Of a stretch of DNA of 64,000 nucleotides, positions 63,651 to 64,000 are shown one piece after another; the stretch's first letter is position 1, and each line of letters begins with the position of its first letter. Made by a program: the position numbers and the translations under genes. The stretch is from Ramazzottius varieornatus. Taxonomy: Eukaryota > Animalia > Tardigrada. The DNA lies in the NCBI GenBank assembly GCA_001949185.1, contig BDGG01000008.1, forward strand, positions 930,001-994,000, given 5' to 3'. Below the pieces are notes generated by a model that saw only the letters and a program-made list of their open reading frames with translations, had not been told where the DNA came from and did not search any database.

Positions 63651-64000
63651 GTATTTCGTATGGTCAACGATAGCCTGAATGTGGTGTTTCCTGGAGGAAT
63701 GGAAGAACGAGTGGAAGCTAAATTAGAACTGGTGGATCTATCGTGAAGACTCGGGCATGCAGCAAACAGGTAAGTAAGTAACCAGACAAAATTCAAGTCT
63801 GCCCCAGGAAACTTTCCGCTCTAGCAAACTGTACACCAATTTCCGCGTTTTATAGGTTGGATTCGGGGAAGAAAAGCGATTGGGTGTTATTGGTTTTCTT
63901 TTGTTTCGTTGGATTCGTTGGATTTGTTGCTTGCGATCAAGAAAGCATGTTCACTTACGTCAACATTCTGATTCATACGGGCTGCCGGGCGGCCAGGACG

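Noticed and set aside
1-64000. Numerous antisense and alternative-frame ORFs in the track; tRNA and rRNA genes
   Set aside because: The extra ORFs shadow real exons. I recognised no structural RNA gene by eye; tRNAscan-SE or Infernal would be needed.

Overview
Gene-dense eukaryotic (animal) genomic DNA with about 19 spliced genes in 64 kb and mostly 50-100 nt GT-AG introns. The compactness, balanced GC and gene set suggest a small invertebrate genome, possibly a tardigrade such as Ramazzottius; this is inference only. Recognisable genes in order: CFAP44 (5'-partial), STK11IP, TRPA1-like, GMPPA, MON1, TMEM41A, NOP14, ECSIT, egalitarian, ALG9, AP1G1, TMEM19, PACSIN, STARD3 and a GH63/YMR196W-like glycosidase, plus two unidentified genes. 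The accessory segment at about 16.7-26.3 kb is the most interesting. It holds (i) a 1.73 kb element with 49-bp TIRs and a decayed Myb/SANT-like ORF, nested inside a second inverted-repeat pair; (ii) an 8-exon secreted Cys-repeat gene; and (iii) a DD37D transposase catalytic domain that becomes one open frame once a GC-AG intron is removed and that has no DNA-binding domain (candidate domesticated gene). Two families of short palindromic MITE-like hairpins recur, almost always inside introns. Exon boundaries were read by eye, and gene ends are approximate where noted.
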